From NCBI GenBank assembly GCA_048538215.1, contig JBLYPV010000001.1, positions 547,526 through 611,525 on the forward strand: a stretch of 64,000 bases of DNA, read 5' to 3'. The position numbers were made by a program, and so were the translations under genes. This DNA comes from Patescibacteria group bacterium. Lineage in GTDB: Bacteria; Patescibacteriota; Minisyncoccia; Phycocordibacterales; GCA-2747955. Below are positions 37,122 to 47,037 of this stretch, piece after piece (positions within the stretch are counted from its first letter, which is position 1; every line of letters starts with the position of its first letter). A model generated the notes under the pieces. That model saw only the letters and a list, made by a program, of their open reading frames with translations, was not told where the DNA came from and searched no databases.

Positions 37122-38018
37122 TTAAGTATTGCCGTGATATTTACTGTGCACCTCTTTGAGAAATTTATCTGAAAGCTTGGTGTATACCTGGGTGGTATTG
37201 ATACTAGCGTGCCCTAGGAGCATCTGTACCGAGCGAATATCAGCACCATTGTGGAGCAGGTCGGTAGCAAAATAGTGGCGTAGATCATGTGGAGTCACCC
37301 TGCGCATAATCCCTGCTTCTCGTGCGCGCTTGTTGAGAATCCGCTGGACGGCTCGTGGGTAGATAGCACTTCCTGTTTTCATCACAAAAAGTGCAGGCGA
37401 GAGAATAGGGAGATCTGCTTGGTGTCGAAGATCCAGATAGGCGCGCGTGGCTCTGCGGGCAGCTTGGGAGATAAACACGAGGCGTAATTTCTCGCCTTTT
37501 CCACGGATGGTTAGCTCATCGCGAGACAAATCGATGTCTTCTTTGAGGCTACAAAGCTCGGACACGCGAAGCCCTGTGGAGTAAAGGAATTCGAGAATTG
37601 CTTTGTCGCGAATGTCTTCAAGATCGCTACCGCTTGGGGCGCTCATCAGGCGATTAAATTCATCACGGGTGATTACATCAAGCTCTCGCTGGGCTGTTTG
37701 GGCGAGCTCGATTTTGCTAGCTTCGAGCGTGCTTATATCCCGCTTGGCAAGGTATTTTAAAAAAGAGCGAAGGGCGATGAGGTATTTGTTTTGTGTGGTT
37801 TTTTTCATTGTTCCTTCACGAGTAGGGCTTCTATTGAGCGCGATGCGAAAGGATCGGACAGATTCGGCGGTGATATCTTGAACGCGAGTGATCTGTGCGT
37901 ATTCAAAATACGCTTTGATGTAGCGTTCGTACATAGTAATAGTATGCACACTGCGCCCCTTTTCAATTTCGAGGTACTCAAGGAATTCACCAAGGTAGTG
38001 AGTAGTATTCTGCGACAT
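37122..38018 (-). CDS. xerC: XerC/XerD-family tyrosine recombinase
   Basis: C-terminal HDLRHYFATDLLHNGADIRSVQMLLGHASINTTQVYT (R..HxxR..Y); start set at MSQNTTHYL. Confidence 0.8.
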   Translation of the reverse strand: MSQNTTHYLGEFLEYLEIEKGRSVHTITMYERYIKAYFEYAQITRVQDITAESVRSFRIALNRSPTREGTMKKTTQNKYLIALRSFLKYLAKRDISTLEASKIELAQTAQRELDVITRDEFNRLMSAPSGSDLEDIRDKAILEFLYSTGLRVSELCSLKEDIDLSRDELTIRGKGEKLRLVFISQAARRATRAYLDLRHQADLPILSPALFVMKTGSAIYPRAVQRILNKRAREAGIMRRVTPHDLRHYFATDLLHNGADIRSVQMLLGHASINTTQVYTKLSDKFLKEVHSKYHGNT

Positions 38019-38135
38019 AATTGTATTGTAATCTAAAAATTGGAAATTAAAAATCAAAATGGATTGAGTGGGAGTGTTTTAATGACATTGCTTATTTTTT
38101 AATGACATTGCTTATATAGGGGACATATAGGGCAG

Positions 38136-38187
38136 AAAAATTAGGTAATAATCCCAACACGTGTAGGGATTATTACCTAATTTTTTT
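38136..38187. repeat. CACGTG-centred palindrome, copy 3
   Basis: aaaaattaggtaataatcccaaCACGTGtagggattattacctaattttt; inner arms differ from copy 1 but stay complementary. Confidence 0.85.
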
Positions 38188-38227
38188 ATGTGTTGCAAAT
38201 ATCCTATTTTTAGGTAGAATATCGGCT

Positions 38228-38494
38228 ATGTCAAAACGAACAGAGCTTAGCAACAAAGCACTTACTGAAGTGGATGGGGTAAATAATCCAGGCAGTACTG
38301 CTTCTCAGATTGCTATTTTGAGCCAACGAATTGCAAACCTACAAGAACACTTAGTGAGCAATAAAAAAGATAAACATTCTCGCCGAGGCCTCTTGCAAAT
38401 GGTATCGAAGCGAAGGAAGCTTATCAAATATCTTAAGCGTACCGATGAGCAAGCTTGGGGCGAATTAGCTAGCACGCTTGGCCTCAAGGCCTAA
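38228..38494 (+). CDS. rpsO: 30S ribosomal protein S15
   Basis: Typical S15 length and sequence (...HSRRGLLQMVSKRRKLIKYLKR...). Confidence 0.9.
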   Translation: MSKRTELSNKALTEVDGVNNPGSTASQIAILSQRIANLQEHLVSNKKDKHSRRGLLQMVSKRRKLIKYLKRTDEQAWGELASTLGLKA

Positions 38495-38560
38495 AGCTAC
38501 CTCCTCCCCTGGGGGTTGTTTTGGTTTATCTTTTGTGAATTATCCTTTATACTAAGCTAT

Positions 38561-39175
38561 ATGACAGCCATTAAGCACCACGAGCAACGAGTAGGGGTAT
38601 TTATTGATACTCAAAATTTATATCATTCGGCAAAAAATCTATACGGAAAGCGTATCAATTTTGGAGCAGTCTTGGAAACGGCGGTAGCTAATCGACAGCT
38701 GATTCGGGCACTTGCTTATGTCATCACTACCGAATCAGGCGAAGAGAGCGAATTTTTTGAAGCACTGGGCAAATTGGGAATCGAGACAAAATCTAAAGAT
38801 TTGCAAATTTTTTTAGGAGGGGCAAAAAAGGCGGATTGGGATGTGGGCTTGGCAATTGATGCGGTGCGGGCTGCCCCCAAGCTTGATACGGTAGTGATCG
38901 TGTCTGGTGATGGTGATTTTGTCCCCTTAGTGGAATACTTGCAACACAATCAGGGCTGTCAGGTAGAAGTGATTTCTTTTGCCAAATCATCTTCCGCTCG
39001 GCTTATTGAACGAGCTGATGATTTTATTGATCTGGGGGCAGAGCCACGCACCTACCTACTTGGCTCGAAGCGTAAAAAAGATACAAATACCTCGACTAAA
39101 AAAGGTAAAGAAAGCTCACGAGTAGCTATTAAAAAACAAAGCCCACGCGGTGGAGCTACGATAAGTAAAGCGTAG
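38561..39175 (+). CDS. NYN-domain (LabA-like PIN-related) protein
   Basis: VGVFIDTQNLY...VIVSGDGDFVPLVEYLQ pattern; basic tail. Confidence 0.6.
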   Translation: MTAIKHHEQRVGVFIDTQNLYHSAKNLYGKRINFGAVLETAVANRQLIRALAYVITTESGEESEFFEALGKLGIETKSKDLQIFLGGAKKADWDVGLAIDAVRAAPKLDTVVIVSGDGDFVPLVEYLQHNQGCQVEVISFAKSSSARLIERADDFIDLGAEPRTYLLGSKRKKDTNTSTKKGKESSRVAIKKQSPRGGATISKA

Positions 39176-39176
39176 T

Positions 39177-40187
39177 ATGGCACAAACAAACGAAGACAAA
39201 AACCAAAATAATGAGCATCGTATCGACACTGATCGATTGGGGTCTAATTACCAAAAAAAGGCACAAGAGATTGCAGATGATTTACACGATCCACAGAATC
39301 GTATAGAGAAGCCAAAAGAGGGGCATGATCCCTATCCGTCTCGTTCTTCCAAGCGGGCGGCTATCAGGACATACAAGGATTACGCTGCTAAGTCACTTCG
39401 AGAAGGCGGTGGCTCACTGACACAAATGATTCTGGCAGAGCGAGAAAAAAAGCGACAACAAGAGCGTGCTGCTTCTCGCAATCCAAAAAATATTGCTCAA
39501 ACACTCTTGGCAGCAGCGCTCGTCACTATCGGACTCGGGATTGTCTTGGGCTCGTTTTTCTTAGTGCGACAAATTCAGGAAGATCCACGTAAAGATCAAA
39601 TACTTACTCCTGAGCCATTGATTATTTATGATTATCGGTCGGAAATATATATCTCTGATCCTAATCGTAATCGCTTGGTGCGTGCGATAGAAAATGAGAT
39701 TGATGGACTGAGCATCGAAGCAGGAGCGCTCAAATATATCTACTTTGCTACTGATAATCAATATAATGCAAAGATTTTAATGACTACTCAAACATTCCTT
39801 TCTGTTTTGCGTGCTAAAATTAGCGGGACTTTGAGCAGGAATTTGGATGATAATTTTATGTATGGAGCGTTTTCTACCACAAAGAATGCGCCATTTTTGA
39901 TTTTTAAGACTAAAAATTACACTACCACTTATGCTGAGATGCTGGATTGGGAGCGATCAATGGCAATTGATTTAGCTGAGGTCTTGGATTTGGAGAATTT
40001 TGATTTTGCGCGAAGTAATTTTGTAGATGTGGTGTATTACAATCAAGATGCTCGAGCAGTCTTGGATCAGGAGGGTAATCCTATTATTGGCTATTCGTTT
40101 GTAGATACTAATACGCTTGTTATTTTCTCACACCGCTTGGCCTTTAAGGAGCTTGTGGCACGCTTGCAACAAAACACTTTTCAATAA
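39177..40187 (+). CDS. hypothetical single-pass membrane protein
   Basis: Charged N-terminus, TM helix ~aa 105-125. Confidence 0.4.
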   Translation: MAQTNEDKNQNNEHRIDTDRLGSNYQKKAQEIADDLHDPQNRIEKPKEGHDPYPSRSSKRAAIRTYKDYAAKSLREGGGSLTQMILAEREKKRQQERAASRNPKNIAQTLLAAALVTIGLGIVLGSFFLVRQIQEDPRKDQILTPEPLIIYDYRSEIYISDPNRNRLVRAIENEIDGLSIEAGALKYIYFATDNQYNAKILMTTQTFLSVLRAKISGTLSRNLDDNFMYGAFSTTKNAPFLIFKTKNYTTTYAEMLDWERSMAIDLAEVLDLENFDFARSNFVDVVYYNQDARAVLDQEGNPIIGYSFVDTNTLVIFSHRLAFKELVARLQQNTFQ

Positions 40188-40267
40188 TTACCAAAGGAGG
40201 GGGATTGTCGGGGAAAGATACAAATAATCATTGCAAAGCATTCTTTCTGTGGTATTATTCTCGCATT

Positions 40268-40969
40268 ATGAGTACAGTAAATACATACGAATTAAGCTTT
40301 CTTGCTTTGCCACATATCACTCTCGAAGAGACTAGTGCGATGCAATCTATATGTGCAGATGCTGTAAGTGCCCATGGTGGCCAGGTGGCTTCACTTGGAG
40401 AAGTGCATTTTATTCCACTTGCTTATGAGATGAGCAAAAAATTTGGCTCTAAAAATAAGCAGTACAACGAAGCATACTTTACCTGGATGAAGTTTAGCCT
40501 GAGTGCAGACAAGCTAGCAGAGCTAGAGCAGGCAGTCGGCAATCAAGCTAATATTTTGCGCTATATTATTATTAATACAGCTGAGGATACAACTCTTGGT
40601 AACAATCTAACGATGAACCTTGGAGATGAGGATGAAGCAACTCTTGACGATGAGGAATTGACGCTAGCTCTCGATGATGAAGAGCTCCCACATGAAAAGC
40701 TCCCAGATACTGATGATGTGGAAGTAGATGATTTGACTCGCATAGAAGGTATTGGGCCAGTGATCGCTACTACTTTGCAAAATGCAGGAATTACAAGCTT
40801 TGCTGATTTGCAAGATATTGCACAAGAGGAATTAGAAGAGCTTCTTGCTGGAGTACGAGGTAATCATGATCCTTCTACTTGGAGAGAGCAAGCCACTCTT
40901 GCTTCCGAAGAAAAGTGGGATGAGCTAGAAAAGCTACAAGCTAATCTTGATGGTGGTAAAGAAAAATAA
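40268..40969 (+). CDS. rpsF: 30S ribosomal protein S6 with acidic linker and C-terminal helix-hairpin-helix extension
   Basis: YELSFLALP...GGQVASLGEVHFIPLAYEM core; tail DDEE-rich then LTRIEGIGPVIATTLQNAGITSFADL. Confidence 0.7.
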   Translation: MSTVNTYELSFLALPHITLEETSAMQSICADAVSAHGGQVASLGEVHFIPLAYEMSKKFGSKNKQYNEAYFTWMKFSLSADKLAELEQAVGNQANILRYIIINTAEDTTLGNNLTMNLGDEDEATLDDEELTLALDDEELPHEKLPDTDDVEVDDLTRIEGIGPVIATTLQNAGITSFADLQDIAQEELEELLAGVRGNHDPSTWREQATLASEEKWDELEKLQANLDGGKEK

Positions 40970-41095
40970 ATCTCTATAAATAATTATAAATACAAAACCC
41001 TGAAATATTCAGGGTTTTGTATTTTGCCCACTTGGAAGCCGGGCTTCCAAGTGGGGGCTTTTGTAGTGCTCTGCTATTCTGGTACAATAGGACAT

Positions 41096-41530
41096 ATGAA
41101 TGTAAACAAAGCAATAATCGTGGGACGCATTACTAATGATTTAGAGCTTAAATCGACTAGCACAGGGCGAGAAGTAGTATCTTTTGGAATTGCCACTAAT
41201 CAGAATTGGACAGACCAATCAGGACAAAAACAAGAAAAGACAGATTTTCACAATGTCGTATTTTGGGGCAAGCAGGCTGCTACTTTGGCTCAGTATGCGG
41301 TAAAAGGGCAGGAATTGTATGTAGAAGGACGGCTTGAGACGCGTAGCTGGGATGACCAAGATGGCAAGAAGAATTATAAGACAGAAATTGTAGGCAATAC
41401 TTTTCAATTTGGACAAAAGCCGAGTGGGGCAGGAGGAGGTGCTCGGCAAGATACGCCTGGGCCAGAGGCAAGCACTAATGATGTGTCCTATCCTGATGAG
41501 GATATTAATCCAGAGGATATTCCTTTTTAG
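41096..41530 (+). CDS. ssb: single-stranded DNA-binding protein
   Basis: [18 protein letters not shown]...[12 protein letters not shown]...; Gly-rich tail ending DDIPF. Confidence 0.85.
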   Translation: MNVNKAIIVGRITNDLELKSTSTGREVVSFGIATNQNWTDQSGQKQEKTDFHNVVFWGKQAATLAQYAVKGQELYVEGRLETRSWDDQDGKKNYKTEIVGNTFQFGQKPSGAGGGARQDTPGPEASTNDVSYPDEDINPEDIPF

Positions 41531-41586
41531 TAAATAGATGGAGGGATATTTGCAGAATGTCGTATTCGTGCTATTATACTCGCACT

Positions 41587-41790
41587 ATGAGTAATCAGTG
41601 TTATTTTAAAGAGCAGGGAATCTCACATATTGATTATAAAGATGTGGCCCTACTTAAAAGATTTATCAATCCGCACGGACGCATTATTGCTGGTAAAAGA
41701 TCAGGCGTAAGTGCTAAAAATCAGCGAGTATTGGCTCGAGCAATCAAGCGCGCTCGCTTTATGGGCTTGTTGCCTTATGTGCAGGCGTAG
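41587..41790 (+). CDS. rpsR: 30S ribosomal protein S18
   Basis: [49 protein letters not shown]. Confidence 0.85.
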   Translation: MSNQCYFKEQGISHIDYKDVALLKRFINPHGRIIAGKRSGVSAKNQRVLARAIKRARFMGLLPYVQA

Positions 41791-41809
41791 GCTTGCGTAG
41801 GTGTATTTG

Positions 41810-41840
41810 AACAAAGCGCGCCCGAAGGGCGCGCTTTGTT
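41810..41840. terminator. bidirectional hairpin terminator between rpsR and efp
   Basis: aacaaagcgcgcccgaagggcgcgctttgtt. Confidence 0.6.
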
Positions 41841-41865
41841 TTGTGTATACAGGAGCCTAGCGCGA

Positions 41866-42429
41866 CTAGCGCTCTCGCTCGCTGTATTCGCCCTTTTGGG
41901 TATTGATGACCAGCTTATCTCCTACGCTAATAAAGAGAGGCACAAAGAGCCGGAGCCCATTTTCCAAGACTACTTCTTTGGTGGCACCTGAAGAGGTGTT
42001 GCCTTTGACTGCATCGGGAGCTTCTACTACCTCGAGAGTGACTTTGATGGGGATTTTTATATTGATGATTTCATTGCCAAAGTATACGCCTTTTACGACA
42101 TCATTTTCTTTTAAGTAGGGGAGCGCATCTTTGATGATTTGCTCTTCGAGCATAAACCGATCGCGAGGATCATAGGCATCAGCAAACCATATTTCATCCC
42201 GCTTGCGGTATAAAAATTTGATATCTCGCTCATAAATCTCTGCTTGGGCTACTTTGTCGCTGGCATGGAATGTTTTTTCGATTACCTTACCTGTTTTGAG
42301 TGATTTGAGCTTGGTATTGTTGCTCGGCTTACCACGATTTTTTTTGATTACATGATTTTCTAGTACTTCGTAGGGCTCACTATCGAGGACAATATACTCA
42401 CGGGGCTTAATTTGATTGTATTCCAACAT
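41866..42429 (-). CDS. efp: elongation factor P
   Basis: Full-length EF-P-like sequence; start trimmed to MLEYNQIKP. Confidence 0.85.
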   Translation of the reverse strand: MLEYNQIKPREYIVLDSEPYEVLENHVIKKNRGKPSNNTKLKSLKTGKVIEKTFHASDKVAQAEIYERDIKFLYRKRDEIWFADAYDPRDRFMLEEQIIKDALPYLKENDVVKGVYFGNEIINIKIPIKVTLEVVEAPDAVKGNTSSGATKEVVLENGLRLFVPLFISVGDKLVINTQKGEYSERER

Positions 42430-42523
42430 AATGAAAAAGATTATAGCATAGAAAATAAAGCAGGAAACAAAAGTGCCCGCGCCAAAGGCGCGGGCACTTA
42501 CCACTTCATTCCAAAGCTATACG

Positions 42524-43600
42524 CTATATTTTTTTCATCTCTTCGCGAATTTGCTTGAGGATGGTGCGGGTCTCTTTTGGATGTTCTTTAAACCAGGTGC
42601 GAGCCTTGTCGTAGCCCACGCCAAGCTTTTCATCACCCCAATAGTAGGTGGCTTTTACTTTTTCGATAATCTTGTATTTCTCCCCAAGGGCAATAATTTC
42701 TCCTTCTTGAGAGATACCTTCGTTATAAAGAAGATCAAATTCGGTAGTACGGAAAGGGGCAGCTACTTTATTCTTGGCGATTTTGACACGGATACGCCCG
42801 CCCACTACTTCATCACCCTTTTTTATCTGGGCGATACGACGGATATCCATTCGTACGGAGGTAAAGAATTTGAGCGCCTTGCCTCCTGGAGTGGTCTCTG
42901 GTGAGCCAAACATTACACCAATATTCATACGAATCTGATTGATGAAAATAACAGAGCAATTTGTCTTGGATACAATAGCGGTGAGCTTGCGCAAAGCTTG
43001 TGACATAAGCCGTGCTTGCTTGCCCATTTGGGCTTGCCCCATATCACCCTCGATCTCATCTTTGGGGGTCAGAGCTGCCACGCTGTCGACCACCACTACA
43101 TCTACCTTGCCACTTCGTACGAGGGACTCGACGATCTCCAGGGCTTGCTCGCCGGTATCAGGCTGAGATACCAAGAGCTCATCGGTGCAGACACCGATAT
43201 TGCGGGCATATATTGGATCAAGGGCGTGCTCGGCATCTACGAAAGCTGCTACTCCATTTGCACGCTGGGCTTCGGCTACGATATGGAGGGCAAGGGTGGT
43301 CTTGCCGGAGGATTCGGGGCCATAGATCTCTATTACTCGACCCCGAGGGACTCCACCCACGCCGAGGGCATCATCTAATCCAATAGAGCCAGTAGAGATA
43401 ACATCTACTTTTTGCTTGGCTCTTTCGCCAAGCTTGATAATAGCTCCCTCGCCAAATTTGGTAGCGATAGCATCCATTGCCTCGTCTACTGCCTGGGCGC
43501 GCTTTTCCTTGGCGCTGGGCTCTTTGGGGGCGGAGGCTTGCTTGCTCGATTTTTTTGCTTCTTGAGGACTTGCTTGTTTGCTGGTATTTTTTTGACTCAT
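42524..43600 (-). CDS. recA: recombinase RecA
   Basis: [28 protein letters not shown], other RecA hallmarks. Confidence 0.9.
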   Translation of the reverse strand: MSQKNTSKQASPQEAKKSSKQASAPKEPSAKEKRAQAVDEAMDAIATKFGEGAIIKLGERAKQKVDVISTGSIGLDDALGVGGVPRGRVIEIYGPESSGKTTLALHIVAEAQRANGVAAFVDAEHALDPIYARNIGVCTDELLVSQPDTGEQALEIVESLVRSGKVDVVVVDSVAALTPKDEIEGDMGQAQMGKQARLMSQALRKLTAIVSKTNCSVIFINQIRMNIGVMFGSPETTPGGKALKFFTSVRMDIRRIAQIKKGDEVVGGRIRVKIAKNKVAAPFRTTEFDLLYNEGISQEGEIIALGEKYKIIEKVKATYYWGDEKLGVGYDKARTWFKEHPKETRTILKQIREEMKKI

Positions 43601-43915
43601 AATTATTGATTTGTACTAATAGTAAACTCATTCTATTTTATCATTTTTAACTCAAGCGATAGGGGAAATCGTAGCCAAGTTTTCAACAGAGGCAAACTGG
43701 TAGCTCGTGAGCTAGTAGCCTGTGTGCTCGTGAGCCCGTGGGCTAGTATGCTGGTTGGAACATATGGTAAAAGTTGTCCGAGCTCGGACAACTTTTACCA
43801 TAGATTTTTTCTATTATATTTTGTCTTTATTTTTTAGAAATGGAGAGAAAGTTTTTAGAAATGAAGGGAAGGAGGTACTACAGAATAAGCTCAAAATGGT
43901 ATAATAAATCTTGTT

Positions 43916-46312
43916 ATGGCAGTATCAAAAAAGAAGAATAAACAAAGCAAAAAGGTGCCTCAGAAAACAAGCAAACGCACCACAAAAAAAATAAATAAAA
44001 AGAAAGATATCAATATCCGTGAAGAGCTCTCACGCCGACATCCTCGCAATTATATGCGTGATGAGGTGTGGAATTTTATCCTTGCGGGTATTTCATTTTT
44101 CATCGCGGTATTTTTTGTAGGGTCTGTCACCGGGCATGGTGGCCCTGTGGGGGAGTATAGCTACGATCAGCTTACCAAGCTCCTTGGTTGGGGCTACTGG
44201 CTTTTGCCTGGATTGCTCCTCGTGCTTGCCTATAGCTTTATTCAAGAAATAGAGCGTGATTTTCATCCAATGAAAATACTGGGATCGATCCTCTTTCTCC
44301 TTTCTGGGCTCGGGGTAATAGAGCTCATCTTTACCCAAGGAGGCTGGATTGGATCAATTCTAAGTGGCCTGCAAAATCCGATCGGCTACCCAATGGCACT
44401 TCTTTTGATGATTATTCTCTTTATTATTTCGATGGCTCTTATTCTTGATACAGTGCCATTTATTTCTCGCTTATGGAGTGATGAGGCAGATGATGAGGAT
44501 GAAGAATATGGAGATGAGCGTGTGGGCGTGCTTTCACCAGAAGAGAGCGAGCTTATCAGGGAGGCGGCTCGAGCACGAGCATTTGGAGAATACGAAAAAA
44601 CGGGGCAAATGCCCGCTCAAACAGCAGAAGCTACTTATCCACATACTTCAGGGCAGGATACTGCCGAAGAAAAATCTGGCAAATCGGCCAATACAATTGA
44701 AGACACCATCAATCAAAAAATTCGACAAACATTTAGCCGAAAAGATGCAGGGAAAAGCCAGAATACGGGGTATTTGCCCGATAATACTGCTCTTCCACCA
44801 ACGACACTTGTATCAAAAGATAAAGGCAAGCCAGAGGTGGGGGACATCAAATCTAATGCCAATATTATCAAGCGCACCTTGGCTAATTTTAATATCACCG
44901 TAGAGATGGGAGAGGTGGAGGTGGGGCCGACTGTCACCCGCTATGCTTTTAAGCCAGCCGAAGGGGTCAAACTAGCTCGTATTGGGGGGCTCAAGGATGA
45001 CTTGGCACTAGCGCTCGCTGCTAAAACAATCCGTATGGAAACCCCGATTCCAGGCAAATCACTGGTAGGGATTGAGATACCCAATCGTACCTCCACTATG
45101 GTGGGATTTGGTACGCTCATTGAGCATCCTAATTTTCACTCAAGTGGCTACAAGCTTCCCTTGGGAATTGGTAAAGACATCGCCGGAGAGGCCCGCTTTA
45201 TTGATCTAGCTCGAGCTCCACATATGCTGATTGCAGGGGCTACTGGATCAGGTAAATCAGTGACGGTGCATGCCCTGGTCAATTCGCTCCTCTATACCTA
45301 TGGGCCAGATATGCTCAAATTTATTATGGTCGATCCGAAGCGAGTGGAGCTCACTCTCTATAATGGTATTCCACACCTACTGACCCCTGTTATTACCGAT
45401 GCTAAATCTGCTATTCTTGCGCTCAAGTGGGCGGTCAAAGAAATGAATCGTCGCTATGATGTATTGCAGGAGCACTCGGTGCGTGATGTGGCTTCGTATC
45501 ACAAGAATATTTTGTATCCTGCTCAGGAGCGGGCGCAAAGTGACGAGGAGATTGAAGTGCCAGAGAGGATGCCGTATATTGTGGTCATCATCGATGAGCT
45601 CGCGGATATTATGCAGGCCTACCCACGAGAGCTGGAGGCGGGAATTGTACAGCTTGCACAAATGTCGCGGGCGGTAGGTATTCACCTTATTCTTTCGACT
45701 CAGCGTCCGTCGGTCAATATTATTACCGGGCTAATCAAAGCCAATGTGCCTACTCGGCTTGCCTTGCAGGTGGCTTCTAATATTGATTCGCGGACTATCC
45801 TCGATGCGGGGGGAGCGGAGCAATTGTTGGGGAAGGGGGATATGCTCTTTATGACGGGAGATATGTCCAAGCCAGTGCGGGTGCAATCACCTAATATCAC
45901 CGAAGAGGAGGTAAAGAAAGTGGTGGGCTGGCTCAAGAAGTACTATAGAGGAGATGTGCCCGATGAGATTGATCTTTCTCTCAAAGCTGTTGCCGATAGC
46001 AATATTATGTTTGCAGGCTCTATTGGGGCAGATGAAGACGAAGATGATCTCTATGAAGATGCAAAGGCCTCTGTGATAGAAGCAGGCAAGGCATCGACAA
46101 GCTATATCCAGCGTAGATTGCGGGTGGGCTATTCACGAGCTGCTCGGCTTATCGATATGCTCGAAGAGCGGGGGGTAGTAGGGCCTGCTCGCGGATCTTC
46201 TCCCCGTGAAATTATAGAAAAGCCAGAGGACGAAGAAGCTATCGAAACAGCTTCTTTGGAAGCAGAGCAAGTAGACAATACTGAGGACGGTAATAGGAGA
46301 GATACTGCTTAG
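43916..46312 (+). CDS. ftsK: DNA translocase FtsK/SpoIIIE
   Basis: N-terminal TM helices; HMLIAGATGSGKSV; IVVIIDELADI; C-terminal gamma-like wHTH. Confidence 0.85.
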   Translation: MAVSKKKNKQSKKVPQKTSKRTTKKINKKKDINIREELSRRHPRNYMRDEVWNFILAGISFFIAVFFVGSVTGHGGPVGEYSYDQLTKLLGWGYWLLPGLLLVLAYSFIQEIERDFHPMKILGSILFLLSGLGVIELIFTQGGWIGSILSGLQNPIGYPMALLLMIILFIISMALILDTVPFISRLWSDEADDEDEEYGDERVGVLSPEESELIREAARARAFGEYEKTGQMPAQTAEATYPHTSGQDTAEEKSGKSANTIEDTINQKIRQTFSRKDAGKSQNTGYLPDNTALPPTTLVSKDKGKPEVGDIKSNANIIKRTLANFNITVEMGEVEVGPTVTRYAFKPAEGVKLARIGGLKDDLALALAAKTIRMETPIPGKSLVGIEIPNRTSTMVGFGTLIEHPNFHSSGYKLPLGIGKDIAGEARFIDLARAPHMLIAGATGSGKSVTVHALVNSLLYTYGPDMLKFIMVDPKRVELTLYNGIPHLLTPVITDAKSAILALKWAVKEMNRRYDVLQEHSVRDVASYHKNILYPAQERAQSDEEIEVPERMPYIVVIIDELADIMQAYPRELEAGIVQLAQMSRAVGIHLILSTQRPSVNIITGLIKANVPTRLALQVASNIDSRTILDAGGAEQLLGKGDMLFMTGDMSKPVRVQSPNITEEEVKKVVGWLKKYYRGDVPDEIDLSLKAVADSNIMFAGSIGADEDEDDLYEDAKASVIEAGKASTSYIQRRLRVGYSRAARLIDMLEERGVVGPARGSSPREIIEKPEDEEAIETASLEAEQVDNTEDGNRRDTA

Positions 46313-46356
46313 AATTGCCTTTATCAATTTGATCCTCTATTTATAAAATACTAGAT

Positions 46357-46719
46357 ATGTATCTGGGAAATTCCTCACAAATACAGAGCACTATTATTGG
46401 CAAGCTCTCCTGGGCGGGGGCACTCCTTGCTATCGCGATCCTCACTCTCTATGGAATGCGCTATTTTATTTCTGGCCCGGAGATTATCAATCTGGGGGCA
46501 AGCTATCGGGTGGCGGAGAGTGCTCGCTACGAGCTTTCATTTAAGGTAGCCAATACTAATAGACTAATGATCAATGGGAATGAGGTGGTAGCACAGGCGG
46601 GAGGAGAAGTGGGGTATGTGCTCTACCTTGCCCGCGGGATGAATATTATTCAAATTGATGCTTTTGATCCCTACGGTAATCACAAACAATTATATTTGTA
46701 CATTACATATCCACAGTAG
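46357..46719 (+). CDS. small hypothetical exported protein
   Basis: N-terminal hydrophobic helix. Confidence 0.35.
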   Translation: MYLGNSSQIQSTIIGKLSWAGALLAIAILTLYGMRYFISGPEIINLGASYRVAESARYELSFKVANTNRLMINGNEVVAQAGGEVGYVLYLARGMNIIQIDAFDPYGNHKQLYLYITYPQ

Positions 46720-47037
46720 GGCATAATCCCGGACTTTTATCCGGGTGTAATGCCCTACTTGACATTTGGGTAGATCGGCAAACTAGTATATAATTGCGTG
46801 CAGGGTATGTGCATCGCATATACCCACCAGAGATGAATCTTTGACAACTACATATCGCACCAAACTAATCTGTAGTTGGAAACAAGATTTATTTTTGTTT
46901 TCTGCAGAAAATGAGAATACACATAATATTTGTGGTACTTCTCGCGGAATGATTCACCTACGAATTATCTTCTCTTGTACTTATCATAAAGAGAAGCATT
47001 AGTAAGATAATTATTTAACAGATTAAAGAAAAATTGT

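Noticed and set aside
42473-43631. Multiple + and - strand ORFs overlapping recA (42473-42904, 43012-43386, 43016-43378, 43371-43631)
   Set aside because: All are shadow ORFs opposite or out of frame with the strongly supported recA gene.
46760-47037. Possible promoter/near-palindrome (gggtatgtgcatcgcatataccc) upstream of the giant surface-protein gene
   Set aside because: TTGACA and TATAAT-like boxes are present but 22-23 bp apart. The palindrome is short and imperfect. Not enough for a regulatory call.
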